DNA of 64,000 nt from a virus: positions 1 through 64,000 of IMG/VR virus record IMGVR_UViG_3300022927_000008; one strand, written 5' to 3'. Below, piece after piece: positions 47,032 to 54,615 of this stretch (position 1 is its first letter; each line of letters opens with the position of its first letter). The position numbers and the translations under genes were made by a program. The notes beneath the pieces were generated by a model, which worked only from the letters and a program-made list of their open reading frames with translations, did not search any database and was not told where the DNA came from.

Positions 47032-48164
47032 AATTGATGATTAAAAACAAGATTTCGATTTCCTCCCCATTCATGCCACCAATGAAGGTATCCTATTGTG
47101 GAACATAATTTATCTTTTAATTTATCTACCCCACAGCAAATAGTTACTTTTTTATTATTTTTTAAGTAAAATTCTATATTTTGTTTGGTGTATTCAAGAT
47201 CTTCTTGTGTATTTACTTTAAAAAAAGCATAATCTGCATCTTCCCTAAACTTGAAATACTCTATACCATAATCAAAAAACAGCTCCCTAATTCTATTTCT
47301 AGAACGGGGATTTAATTGAGAATTGTGGATATCAAATTTAAAATTTTGGGGATAATTATAATGATCAGATAATAACATACCCACCCACACATCATAACAT
47401 TCATCATAGTAATGTTCAATAGAATCTAATTCTTCTAAGTTTATTTTAGAATTACGTTTTTCTATAAACCTACTATTTTCTTCAACCATAATTTGTAGTT
47501 CTTCACTAGGTCTTACTTTATGGGATACTGATGTGTTAGATTCTTGGGAGTAAGTATGTAATACTCTAGGGAGGAATAAGAGTTTTCCTTTAGTTTCCGT
47601 AATATACCCCTTAACAAGATCTTCTGCAAAACTATGTTTAAATTCTCCTTCTTTAGCAAATTCTTCTGTGGAACGGGTTTTTATTCTATAAGCTCTAGCA
47701 TCTCCTAAACTTCTCCACATTTTTTTTCCTTCCTCTAGGTTATAGACCCCCTTATAATGGTTATCTCTATACCACTCAATTTTCCCTTTAATATGATTCT
47801 TTTTCATTATAGAAGAACAAGATATCATTTCTACTTTGGGGAATTTATCAAAATTATACTTATAAACTTCTAATAATTTAGGATGGGGGAAATCATCAAC
47901 ATCCTGTACTAGCATAATGTCTCCTGTAGAAATCTCGACAGGGGGGTTAAAGTAAAATTCTCTTTTCCATCTAGGTTTAATGTATTTTATCTGAGGGTGG
48001 AGTGAGGTGAAATCTATTAGGGTTTTTTCTATAGAGGAATCTTCACTAAAATCATCTGATATGATCCATTCCCAATTAGTGTAGGTTTGGTTTTTTATAC
48101 CTTCCCAAACTTGATTTAAGTATTCTATATTATTATAGAACCCACTATATATAGTAAATTTCAT
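47025..48164 (-). CDS. glycosyltransferase family 2
   Basis: QTYTNWEWIISDDFS, DVDD, ED motifs. Confidence 0.85.
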   Translation of the reverse strand: MKFTIYSGFYNNIEYLNQVWEGIKNQTYTNWEWIISDDFSEDSSIEKTLIDFTSLHPQIKYIKPRWKREFYFNPPVEISTGDIMLVQDVDDFPHPKLLEVYKYNFDKFPKVEMISCSSIMKKNHIKGKIEWYRDNHYKGVYNLEEGKKMWRSLGDARAYRIKTRSTEEFAKEGEFKHSFAEDLVKGYITETKGKLLFLPRVLHTYSQESNTSVSHKVRPSEELQIMVEENSRFIEKRNSKINLEELDSIEHYYDECYDVWVGMLLSDHYNYPQNFKFDIHNSQLNPRSRNRIRELFFDYGIEYFKFREDADYAFFKVNTQEDLEYTKQNIEFYLKNNKKVTICCGVDKLKDKLCSTIGYLHWWHEWGGNRNLVFNHQFS

Positions 48165-49102
48165 TATTTTTTAACAATACAGTTAGTTCTCCTAAATTCA
48201 ATATTATTAGTAAATACTAAATCTTCTTTATAATAATAATTCCCTTCTTTATTACTATTTAAAATAAAAATATAAGATACAGGGGTGGGTTTAAGAGGGT
48301 GTATACTTCCATCTTCATGTTCCAAACTACATGGATCTGGGAAAGTTCCCTCTTTAGGCCAAATCAAATATGAGTTTTTTTCAGAATAAAAATATATGTT
48401 TACTAAAGATTGCCCTAAAGTATATTTTCCATTAAAACTTTTATATACTCCTGAAAAGGGGATATCTTGTGTGTGTGGGAATTTTTGGTTTGAGTACTTC
48501 TCAATTGCCCATTTAAAAAAAGATTCACAGAACCAACCCTCTTTAAGGTTAGGATCATTGACTGTTCCCTCTTTATACAAATTAAGCACAGGCTCTATAG
48601 AATTTACATATGTGTTACAGGGAAGAGCAAATATATTAGTTGCAAAATTATAATCCTCCCCTTCTCCCCAAGGAAAAAATAAAGGATCTCCTTTTTCCCC
48701 TCTGTTAATAAATTTATAAAAGTTTTCTTCACTTAATTCTATATCATAGTTTAGATGATAAACATAATCATATCCTAAACTTTGACACAACTTAATTGCT
48801 TTAAGTATTTGGTGAAGATGAGCATAGCCATAATCCCATTCTACAAATTCCGCATAAAGATTTTCTCCCCACTCTATTTTAGGATCTACAAGCTCCCAAA
48901 ATACAGCATACCTATTAGGTCTAGGATTTTCTTTAATATTTAAAGTATAATCTACCTTTTGTTGTATTTCTATAGGAATGGGGAAGTTACCCGCAAATAT
49001 TACGGGTAACTTTTTATCTTGTAAAAAATCTACAAGTTTGTGAGCAATTTTTATTTTCTCACTATTGTTTATATGGGAAGTAACTAATATACAAGGACTC
49101 AT
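48164..49102 (-). CDS. putative glycan-modifying protein
   Basis: GY AH..Q..A....GYDYVYHLNYD, GT-A-like; next to GT2. Confidence 0.4.
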   Translation of the reverse strand: MSPCILVTSHINNSEKIKIAHKLVDFLQDKKLPVIFAGNFPIPIEIQQKVDYTLNIKENPRPNRYAVFWELVDPKIEWGENLYAEFVEWDYGYAHLHQILKAIKLCQSLGYDYVYHLNYDIELSEENFYKFINRGEKGDPLFFPWGEGEDYNFATNIFALPCNTYVNSIEPVLNLYKEGTVNDPNLKEGWFCESFFKWAIEKYSNQKFPHTQDIPFSGVYKSFNGKYTLGQSLVNIYFYSEKNSYLIWPKEGTFPDPCSLEHEDGSIHPLKPTPVSYIFILNSNKEGNYYYKEDLVFTNNIEFRRTNCIVKK

Positions 49103-49311
49103 GTCAATGTCATAACCTCAGAATGGTGATAGAATTTACCTCTTTTAAAATCGGCTTTTTTAATCCTACGACCTTTACCAGACTCTGCTTTTTGTACAAA
49201 GTAGTAAGGACCTTCCCTATCATCGTAGGCTACTTGGTTAATTTCAGCAGTAACAATATAATCATTACCCTTACGTGAGTCTGGGACTCGGACTTGTTCG
49301 AACATTTTCAT
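49099..49311 (-). CDS. hypothetical protein
   Basis: coupled ORF after tRNA-Leu. Confidence 0.55.
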   Translation of the reverse strand: MKMFEQVRVPDSRKGNDYIVTAEINQVAYDDREGPYYFVQKAESGKGRRIKKADFKRGKFYHHSEVMTLT

Positions 49312-49330
49312 TTTATAACTTATTTAGTTG

Positions 49331-49410
49331 TACCTAAGGTGGGACTCGAACCCACACGCCGAAGCACTAGTTCCTAAGACTAGCGTGTATACCAATTCCA
49401 CCACTTAGGC
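49331..49410 (-). tRNA. tRNA-Leu(UAG)
   Basis: anticodon arm CTAGT-CTTAGGA-ACTAG; variable arm; GGTTCGAGTCC. Confidence 0.95.
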
Positions 49411-49419
49411 AAATAACCC

Positions 49420-49644
49420 TTAGTGGGTCATTTTAGCTGTAGGCTCAACAGCTGCAAGGCTATCAAGCAATTCACCTACAGTCTCGATTGAGTCTGTATT
49501 AAAAGGCATTTCTACACCTGTAGTGTCCCACTGTAGGCTGTCAGTTGCACAGCTATCAGCCATAGGGGTTACACAGTTTTCGTCTTCGGTTCCTCCACAA
49601 GAGGCAAGAGCAACAATTGCTCCAATAAAAAATAGTTGTTTCAT
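49420..49644 (-). CDS. lipoprotein
   Basis: MKQLFFIGAIVALAS-C-GGTEDEN lipobox, acidic after Cys. Confidence 0.75.
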   Translation of the reverse strand: MKQLFFIGAIVALASCGGTEDENCVTPMADSCATDSLQWDTTGVEMPFNTDSIETVGELLDSLAAVEPTAKMTH

Positions 49645-49847
49645 CGTTTTGTATTTTGGTTTGTTAAAATGTACCATGGTGGTACGTCTGATTTCTTTTT
49701 TGGTAGTTTTCTAAATGTTTGTACTTCGGGGTAATTATACCCTTCATGTAGTAATCTAACTGTTTTATCTTTGGTATTAATGTTAAGAACCTCTCCTTGG
49801 ACCTCCTCGCCAAATAGAAAAAAATTTATAATATCTCCTACTTTCAT
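49641..49847 (-). CDS. small SH3/KOW-like protein
   Basis: MKVGDII.F..FGEEVQGEV..I..K.KTVRL. Confidence 0.5.
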   Translation of the reverse strand: MKVGDIINFFLFGEEVQGEVLNINTKDKTVRLLHEGYNYPEVQTFRKLPKKKSDVPPWYILTNQNTKR

Positions 49848-50062
49848 TACCAATCCCTTTGACATTGCTTACGGGGGACCCTAGCATATCTAGTACGAAT
49901 TCCATTGTTGTAGGAATTACCTCTTCCACTATACCTCATATGAGAAAATTTTCCATCATTAGTAAAAACAGCAGATTGGGTTCTGCTATTATAATAATAA
50001 GGAGAACAACTTGACAATCCAAGGGCAATAAACAACCCCAATAAGTAACTTAAATGTTTCAT
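49847..50062 (-). CDS. lipoprotein
   Basis: ..LGLSS-C lipobox; ATATTTAT at 50068-50075. Confidence 0.7.
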   Translation of the reverse strand: MKHLSYLLGLFIALGLSSCSPYYYNSRTQSAVFTNDGKFSHMRYSGRGNSYNNGIRTRYARVPRKQCQRDW

Positions 50063-50078
50063 TTGTAATAAATATTTG

Positions 50079-50148
50079 AGGTTAGGGGTGGAATTGCACC
50101 ACCGTAATAGGATTTGCGATCCTATACCTTCTAATCGGACACCTAACC
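50079..50148 (-). tRNA. tRNA-Cys(GCA), non-canonical
   Basis: acceptor GGTTAGG/CCTAACC + U73; anticodon loop TCGCAAA; T-loop TGCAATT. Confidence 0.8.
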
Positions 50149-50149
50149 A

Positions 50150-50395
50150 TATTGCCCCAGCCAGCGCTGAGGACTTGTCCGTCTGGTATCTCGTCGGACC
50201 ACTGAGATTCTATATTCTGGGTTATAGAAAACCTAGTCTCCCATATTAGACCAAGGGTTATTATGGGGTGATGTCTGTTCCCCTCTCTGACCCCAAGTAT
50301 CAGGCCAACTGGGAATCGAACCCAGAGACATCGACTACTAGAATACTGCCATATCCGTTCGCACTTTTACCCCTCTCCCCCTGGCAGGGGGGAAA
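50150..50395 (-). ncRNA. unidentified ~245-nt structured RNA with a T-arm-like hairpin
   Basis: fills Thr-Cys spacer; GATGTCT/AGACATC stem enclosing CTGGG-TTCGATT-CCCAG; further hairpins. Confidence 0.6.
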
Positions 50396-50396
50396 T

Positions 50397-50471
50397 TGGA
50401 GCCACTAGTCGGAATTGAACCAACGACCGATGCTTTACAAGAGCATTGCTCTACCGCTGAGCTATAGTGGC
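50397..50471 (-). tRNA. tRNA-Thr(UGU)
   Basis: ATGCT-CTTGTAA-AGCAT; CCA encoded. Confidence 0.95.
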
Positions 50472-50491
50472 TACATTCGCCTCACACGCTG

Positions 50492-50565
50492 TGATCCCGC
50501 TGGGACTCGAACCCAGGACCCTCTCATTAAAAGTGAGATGCTCTAACCAACTGAGCTACGGGATC
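50492..50565 (-). tRNA. tRNA-Lys(UUU)
   Basis: TCTCA-CTTTTAA-TGAGA. Confidence 0.95.
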
Positions 50566-50568
50566 AAT

Positions 50569-50913
50569 AAATGAAGGAATGGGTAAAGAGTTATTCAGGC
50601 TCTTAAGCGCGACAAGCAGGCGGTTGTATTGGTAAATCATAATGGCACAAGAGGAGTGTTAAACCCGCATCCCATTAATCATTTCACTTCATGGCTGCTA
50701 ACCCCAATTGAAGTTCACAATATCGCTTAGTAGAATTTAGTTCCACTATCACACAACCACACCCTAATAGGCCCACACCGGGCTTTCACCCCCTACAGCG
50801 CTTGCTGTAAGTCGAGCTACCTATTAACATGTGTACTTTATTCCCCTAATCATAGGAACACATTCAGTCATACCCCCCCGTGCGTGATCAGCGCGGTAGG
50901 GTTTCCTTCATTT
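50569..50913 (-). ncRNA. unidentified 345-nt multi-helix structured RNA
   Basis: closed by perfect 11-bp AAATGAAGGAA/TTCCTTCATTT; many internal helices, GAAA tetraloop; fills Ile-Lys spacer. Confidence 0.7.
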
Positions 50914-50914
50914 G

Positions 50915-50988
50915 TAGGAACGGCAGGAATCGAACCTGCGACCTTCAAGATATAAGCTTGATGCTCTAACCAATTGAGCTACGTTCCC
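50915..50988 (-). tRNA. tRNA-Ile(UAU)
   Basis: TCAAG-CTTATAT-CTTGA; A73. Confidence 0.92.
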
Positions 50989-51062
50989 ATATTGGTGCGT
51001 CATTTTATTACGCAGTGACGTCATCAGCGAATGCTATTTATTTCAATAAGTAAAGAACCTAG

Positions 51063-51136
51063 TACTCCCTACAGGATTTGAACCTGTGACCCACAGCTTA
51101 GAAGGCTGTTGCTCTATCCAGCTGAGCTAAGGGAGC
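51063..51136 (-). tRNA. tRNA-Arg(UCU)
   Basis: ACAGC-CTTCTAA-GCTGT. Confidence 0.95.
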
Positions 51137-51144
51137 ATATTTTG

Positions 51145-51229
51145 TAGCGCTGGGGGGACTCGAACCCCCACGGACCTACGGTCCAACAGATTTTAAGTCT
51201 GTCGTGTCTACCACTTCCACCACAGCGCC
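51145..51229 (-). tRNA. tRNA-Leu(UAA)
   Basis: ACAGA-CTTAAAA-TCTGT; long variable arm. Confidence 0.95.
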
Positions 51230-51240
51230 ATATTTTTATT

Positions 51241-51330
51241 TTATTTTTTAATGTACTTAAAGTAAGTGTAAGTATTAAAAATAACCAATAAACTCAAAAA
51301 ACTCCAACAATAAATTTGAAAATCTGTCAT
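51241..51330 (-). CDS. 29-aa single-TM microprotein (copy 1)
   Basis: MTDFQIYCWSFLSLLVIFNTYTYFKYIKK; own promoter; paralog at 51609. Confidence 0.65.
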   Translation of the reverse strand: MTDFQIYCWSFLSLLVIFNTYTYFKYIKK

Positions 51331-51354
51331 TTCTCTGCCTTAACTTTACCCCAT

Positions 51355-51385
51355 GAATATACGAACGGGATCTTACAACCCCAAA
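51355..51385 (-). promoter_or_regulatory. early promoter without GTCAT boxes, upstream of tRNA cluster
   Basis: TTTGG-N16-TCGTATATTC. Confidence 0.8.
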
Positions 51386-51403
51386 TCCCTCGCGGGAAAT
51401 TTT

Positions 51404-51601
51404 TTATTCTTCAAGATAAAGAATAATAATAAGGGTAATGATAACTAATCCAAACAAAAGCATATAATAATTAGCAGGCTCTGGGTCTCCGCTAATGATG
51501 ATGTGCGTGTTTGCAATAAAGTTTAAAATAAAGAGTATTAATTGCAAAAGCAAAAATGCTGCCCCAAGAAAATTCAGGATATAGAAGACAAATGCATTCA
51601 T
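51404..51601 (-). CDS. small two-TM membrane protein
   Basis: start moved to MNAFVFY. Confidence 0.55.
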   Translation of the reverse strand: MNAFVFYILNFLGAAFLLLQLILFILNFIANTHIIISGDPEPANYYMLLFGLVIITLIIILYLEE

Positions 51602-51608
51602 TTTTATT

Positions 51609-51704
51609 TTATTTTTTAATGTACTTAAAGTAATTGTAAATATTGATAGGAATACAAACCCCAAACACAACTCCATAAATAATAATCCAAACCTGATCTG
51701 TCAT
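51609..51704 (-). CDS. 31-aa single-TM microprotein (copy 2)
   Basis: MTDQVWIIIYGVVFGVCIPINIYNYFKYIKK. Confidence 0.65.
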   Translation of the reverse strand: MTDQVWIIIYGVVFGVCIPINIYNYFKYIKK

Positions 51705-51728
51705 TTCTCTGCCTTAACTTTACCCCAT

Positions 51729-51782
51729 GAATATACGAACCGGATTTTCGGATCCCACATTTTGGGATGACTTTAAGATGAC
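51729..51782 (-). promoter_or_regulatory. early promoter cassette
   Basis: GTCAT-N6-GTCAT..TGTGG..TCGTATATTC. Confidence 0.85.
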
Positions 51783-51783
51783 C

Positions 51784-52119
51784 TTATTTTATTTTTCTGT
51801 AATAATAACGCTTAAGATTTAAAATCTCTGCTTTAAGATTTTCATCTACTACTTGCACTTGTTGCTTATAACTTTTAAAATCATTAATTGACTTAATATA
51901 ACGAGCATATCTGTAGACATAAACTTTATGAACGTCATCAACGAAGTCTTCTCGAACTTCATACATCATATCATTAAGTAGAGTAAACGAGAAGTATGTC
52001 TTATGATTAGGATTCCAAACTATGAACGGCTTAGCTTCATCAAATTGCTCAACGTCGTAAGCGTAATAGCTAGTACTCATTCTGTACTCATCGAACTTTG
52101 AAACGTAATTAGTACTCAT
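51784..52119 (-). CDS. early hypothetical protein
   Basis: between two cassettes. Confidence 0.65.
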   Translation of the reverse strand: MSTNYVSKFDEYRMSTSYYAYDVEQFDEAKPFIVWNPNHKTYFSFTLLNDMMYEVREDFVDDVHKVYVYRYARYIKSINDFKSYKQQVQVVDENLKAEILNLKRYYYRKIK

Positions 52120-52141
52120 GTTGCTTTTTTTTCTTCGCGTT

Positions 52142-52195
52142 AAATATACGATGAAAGATCAGCAATTCCACATTTTAGGATGACTTTAAGATGAC
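52142..52195 (-). promoter_or_regulatory. early promoter cassette
   Basis: GTCAT-N6-GTCAT..TGTGG..TCGTATATTT. Confidence 0.8.
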
Positions 52196-52500
52196 CTTCT
52201 TCTTCCTTTTTTAGGCTCAATACCCAACTGCCTTTCCAATTCACGCAACTCACGGTTCCGCTTGACTTTTTCCTTACCAACAGCAACCTGCTGTTTGCTA
52301 GGGACTCGGTCCTCCATCTCACCACGGAACTCCCTCATGAACTCCTCGCAGTCACGGCGGTCCATTTTTCCGCCATAACGTACTGCCTCTTTATAATGCC
52401 TAGCAACAGCTTCAGCATTTCCAGTAATCATAGCATAGGCTAGTTCAGCCATCCTACCATGGTAGTTCCGCTTACGGCGGCGATTGTTGTGATTACGCAT
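52186..52500 (-). CDS. Arg-rich hypothetical protein
   Basis: coupled to SWIM gene. Confidence 0.6.
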   Translation of the reverse strand: MRNHNNRRRKRNYHGRMAELAYAMITGNAEAVARHYKEAVRYGGKMDRRDCEEFMREFRGEMEDRVPSKQQVAVGKEKVKRNRELRELERQLGIEPKKGRRRSS

Positions 52501-52921
52501 TTTTTAGTTCTTTAATATGTTTACACTCTCTAGTTTTCGATCTCCAAACACCTGGGCAGTTACAACTAAATGTAATTTTTCCAGTGGGTAAAGTCACCTT
52601 ACGTGCCTCATAGGTAATATCAGGATTACTCTTAGAAGTAAACTCCATAACTACCATATTTGGCTCTTTTGGCTTAACCTCAGGACGTTCCCATTTAATG
52701 TCACTCAATTTGGTTTCAGGATGTACCTCTGTCCAAGTAGGCATAATGTATTTTTTACCATCCATCACTATAAGTGAAGGGGGCATCCAATCGTGTTCAT
52801 GCTCATATGTCAAGCGTTGCACATTCACAAACTTGTGTCCTTTAGGTTTATACTTAAATTGTGAAGAATCTTGTACTACCTCTCGGTATTTACCGTCTTC
52901 CCAAATTTGAAAAATCGCCAT
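52493..52921 (-). CDS. SWIM zinc-finger protein
   Basis: SCNCPG..ECKHI. Confidence 0.75.
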   Translation of the reverse strand: MAIFQIWEDGKYREVVQDSSQFKYKPKGHKFVNVQRLTYEHEHDWMPPSLIVMDGKKYIMPTWTEVHPETKLSDIKWERPEVKPKEPNMVVMEFTSKSNPDITYEARKVTLPTGKITFSCNCPGVWRSKTRECKHIKELKNA

Positions 52922-53157
52922 TGCTTAAACTTATTCCATAAATATAAGAATAAATTTTTAGGCTTCCCCGGTTTTGCTATGACGATTTTATGACTGACTT
53001 CTTTATCTTCCTTTTCTAATTGGTCTTCTAAAGTAACCATCATACACATTCCATTAAGCATCATGGGGTAATAAGCCGCTACAAAGGCTAAATCTTCATC
53101 AGACATAGCCTCCATAGCCTGCTTAGCTGTCACTATTTGGGGGTCAACGTTTACCAC
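52876..53157 (-). CDS. hypothetical protein
   Basis: likely GTG start; 3' part runs through the promoter. Confidence 0.4.
   Translation of the reverse strand: MVNVDPQIVTAKQAMEAMSDEDLAFVAAYYPMMLNGMCMMVTLEDQLEKEDKEVSHKIVIAKPGKPKNLFLYLWNKFKQWRFFKFGKTVNTER
52940..52994 (-). promoter_or_regulatory. degenerate early promoter cassette
   Basis: GTCAT-N6-GTCAT..TCTTATATTTAT. Confidence 0.6.
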
Positions 53158-53323
53158 GCTTACCACTGTAGTAATCTTCCAAGTCCTCTTCTTCTGGTGG
53201 GAGGTAACCTGGTTTTTTGGGTTTTTTCTTCTTGCGCTCCTTATAAGCAGGAGACTCATGTTCCATAAAACGATCCCATTTTTGGAACGCATCTAACCTT
53301 TGGTGTGGGCTATTTTTGCTCAT
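53144..53323 (-). CDS. 59-aa charged protein (not in ORF track)
   Basis: MSKNSPHQRLDAFQKW..; ATGA coupling. Confidence 0.5.
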   Translation of the reverse strand: MSKNSPHQRLDAFQKWDRFMEHESPAYKERKKKKPKKPGYLPPEEEDLEDYYSGKRGKR

Positions 53324-53460
53324 CGTCCTTGACCTCTATAGGCTTTTTTATAGTTTTTAGAATTTTTATTTTTGCTGGTTTTTGTTTTAGCGTGAACACC
53401 AGGGCGGCTCACTTTGTTGGTGCTGGGGGCATTTTCCAATGCGCTGATTTTCCTAGCCAT
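53320..53460 (-). CDS. 46-aa basic protein ending YRGQGR (not in ORF track)
   Basis: ..RPGVHAKTKTSKNKNSKNYKKAYRGQGR. Confidence 0.65.
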   Translation of the reverse strand: MARKISALENAPSTNKVSRPGVHAKTKTSKNKNSKNYKKAYRGQGR

Positions 53461-53764
53461 TTTTTGATTTTAAATAGTTTATTGCTTCAGTTATTTTAAT
53501 ACAATCTTCGTATTCTTCTTCACGCTCATAATGAGCTAAGTTTGTTCCTAAGATATCAATAAATTCATCTGTTTCCATTGATAATGTATAAATAGCTCCT
53601 TCTTCCTCCACTTCTACTTCAAACACAGGAATTTGTTTTTTCTTAGTATCCAAATTATTTAGTATCTTTTCTACAATTCCTTTAGCAAGCATAAAATCTT
53701 TAGTTTTAGCCATATTAAGGAATTCTTCATACGTTCCTACCTTTATGTGTTTCACGTACGGCAT
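53453..53764 (-). CDS. UVR-motif protein
   Basis: HYEREEEYEDCIKITEAI; start moved to MPYVK. Confidence 0.65.
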   Translation of the reverse strand: MPYVKHIKVGTYEEFLNMAKTKDFMLAKGIVEKILNNLDTKKKQIPVFEVEVEEEGAIYTLSMETDEFIDILGTNLAHYEREEEYEDCIKITEAINYLKSKNG

Positions 53765-53765
53765 A

Positions 53766-53921
53766 TCAAAATAGATCAAGGTAATCTCCTTTTATTTGTT
53801 TTGACTTGAATTTAAGCATCTTTTCGTCATTCTCCAAACTTTTTGTCGCAAGCTTTTCAAGATGTTTACGTTTTTGTCCATCGTAATCGTCTACTAATTT
53901 TTGATGCTTACGCTTTTTCAT
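53766..53921 (-). CDS. 51-aa basic protein (not in ORF track)
   Basis: MKKRKHQKLVDDYD..YLDLF fills the gap. Confidence 0.55.
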   Translation of the reverse strand: MKKRKHQKLVDDYDGQKRKHLEKLATKSLENDEKMLKFKSKQIKGDYLDLF

Positions 53922-54615
53922 ACTTAAAGTATTTTATAGTAAAGTTACTAAGTGGTATTTCTGAATAGGGCATATCCTGTGTAACATGGTTATTTATTAC
54001 AACATTCATTTTAGTATTATTTACCTGTTTCATTACAACTGGATCACTTATTACACGGACTAATCTGTCATTGTAATAAAACTTTAATGAGTCTAAGCTC
54101 CAATTTAATTTGTACTTTAAGAAGTGTTTTGTGGGATCTTTAAAGCCCATAAAATGACTTTTAGGTCCCCACATTTTATTTTTACCCTCTTCAGAGTAGT
54201 GTACATTTGTATCTATATGCCTACAAGCCCAAGGTTTGTTCCAATTAAACCTATGATAATTTGGTTTTTTATGAGAATAACCTTCAAATATATCAATTTC
54301 AGGGGGCCAACTGTCCCAACTCCACATCCAAAAAGCAGGCCATAAGTTCTTACCATATGGTAATTTAGCTTTTATTTCAAATATGCCAGGACCAAATTCA
54401 GTAGCACATGATACCAAACCTACACCTACTTTAGGTCTAATTCCTAATTCTTTAAACTCCTTAGGGTTGTATTGGGTTTTTAAAGTTAAATAGTTTTTTA
54501 ATGTAATTTGAACTGCACTAGGATCATACCAACAATAGGGTTTATCCTTGTGTACCTGTCCCCACCTTTCTTGGGTTAACCATTTATATCCTGACCATTC
54601 TATTACTTTGCTCAT
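53908..54615 (-). CDS. glycoside hydrolase family 16
   Basis: WPAFWM..WPPEIDIFEG (ExDxxE); Y.L.W....L.FY.N. Confidence 0.9.
   Translation of the reverse strand: MSKVIEWSGYKWLTQERWGQVHKDKPYCWYDPSAVQITLKNYLTLKTQYNPKEFKELGIRPKVGVGLVSCATEFGPGIFEIKAKLPYGKNLWPAFWMWSWDSWPPEIDIFEGYSHKKPNYHRFNWNKPWACRHIDTNVHYSEEGKNKMWGPKSHFMGFKDPTKHFLKYKLNWSLDSLKFYYNDRLVRVISDPVVMKQVNNTKMNVVINNHVTQDMPYSEIPLSNFTIKYFKYEKA

Noticed and set aside
50150-50913. Structured RNAs as tmRNA or RNase P RNA
   Set aside because: No alanine-type acceptor stem with CCA after the T-arm, and no GAGGAAAGUCC / CGGCUUA P4 signature; a covariance search is still needed.
50990-51035. Hammerhead ribozyme (CTGATGA followed by CGTCA/TGACG stem on minus strand)
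   Set aside because: The GAAA required after stem II is absent.
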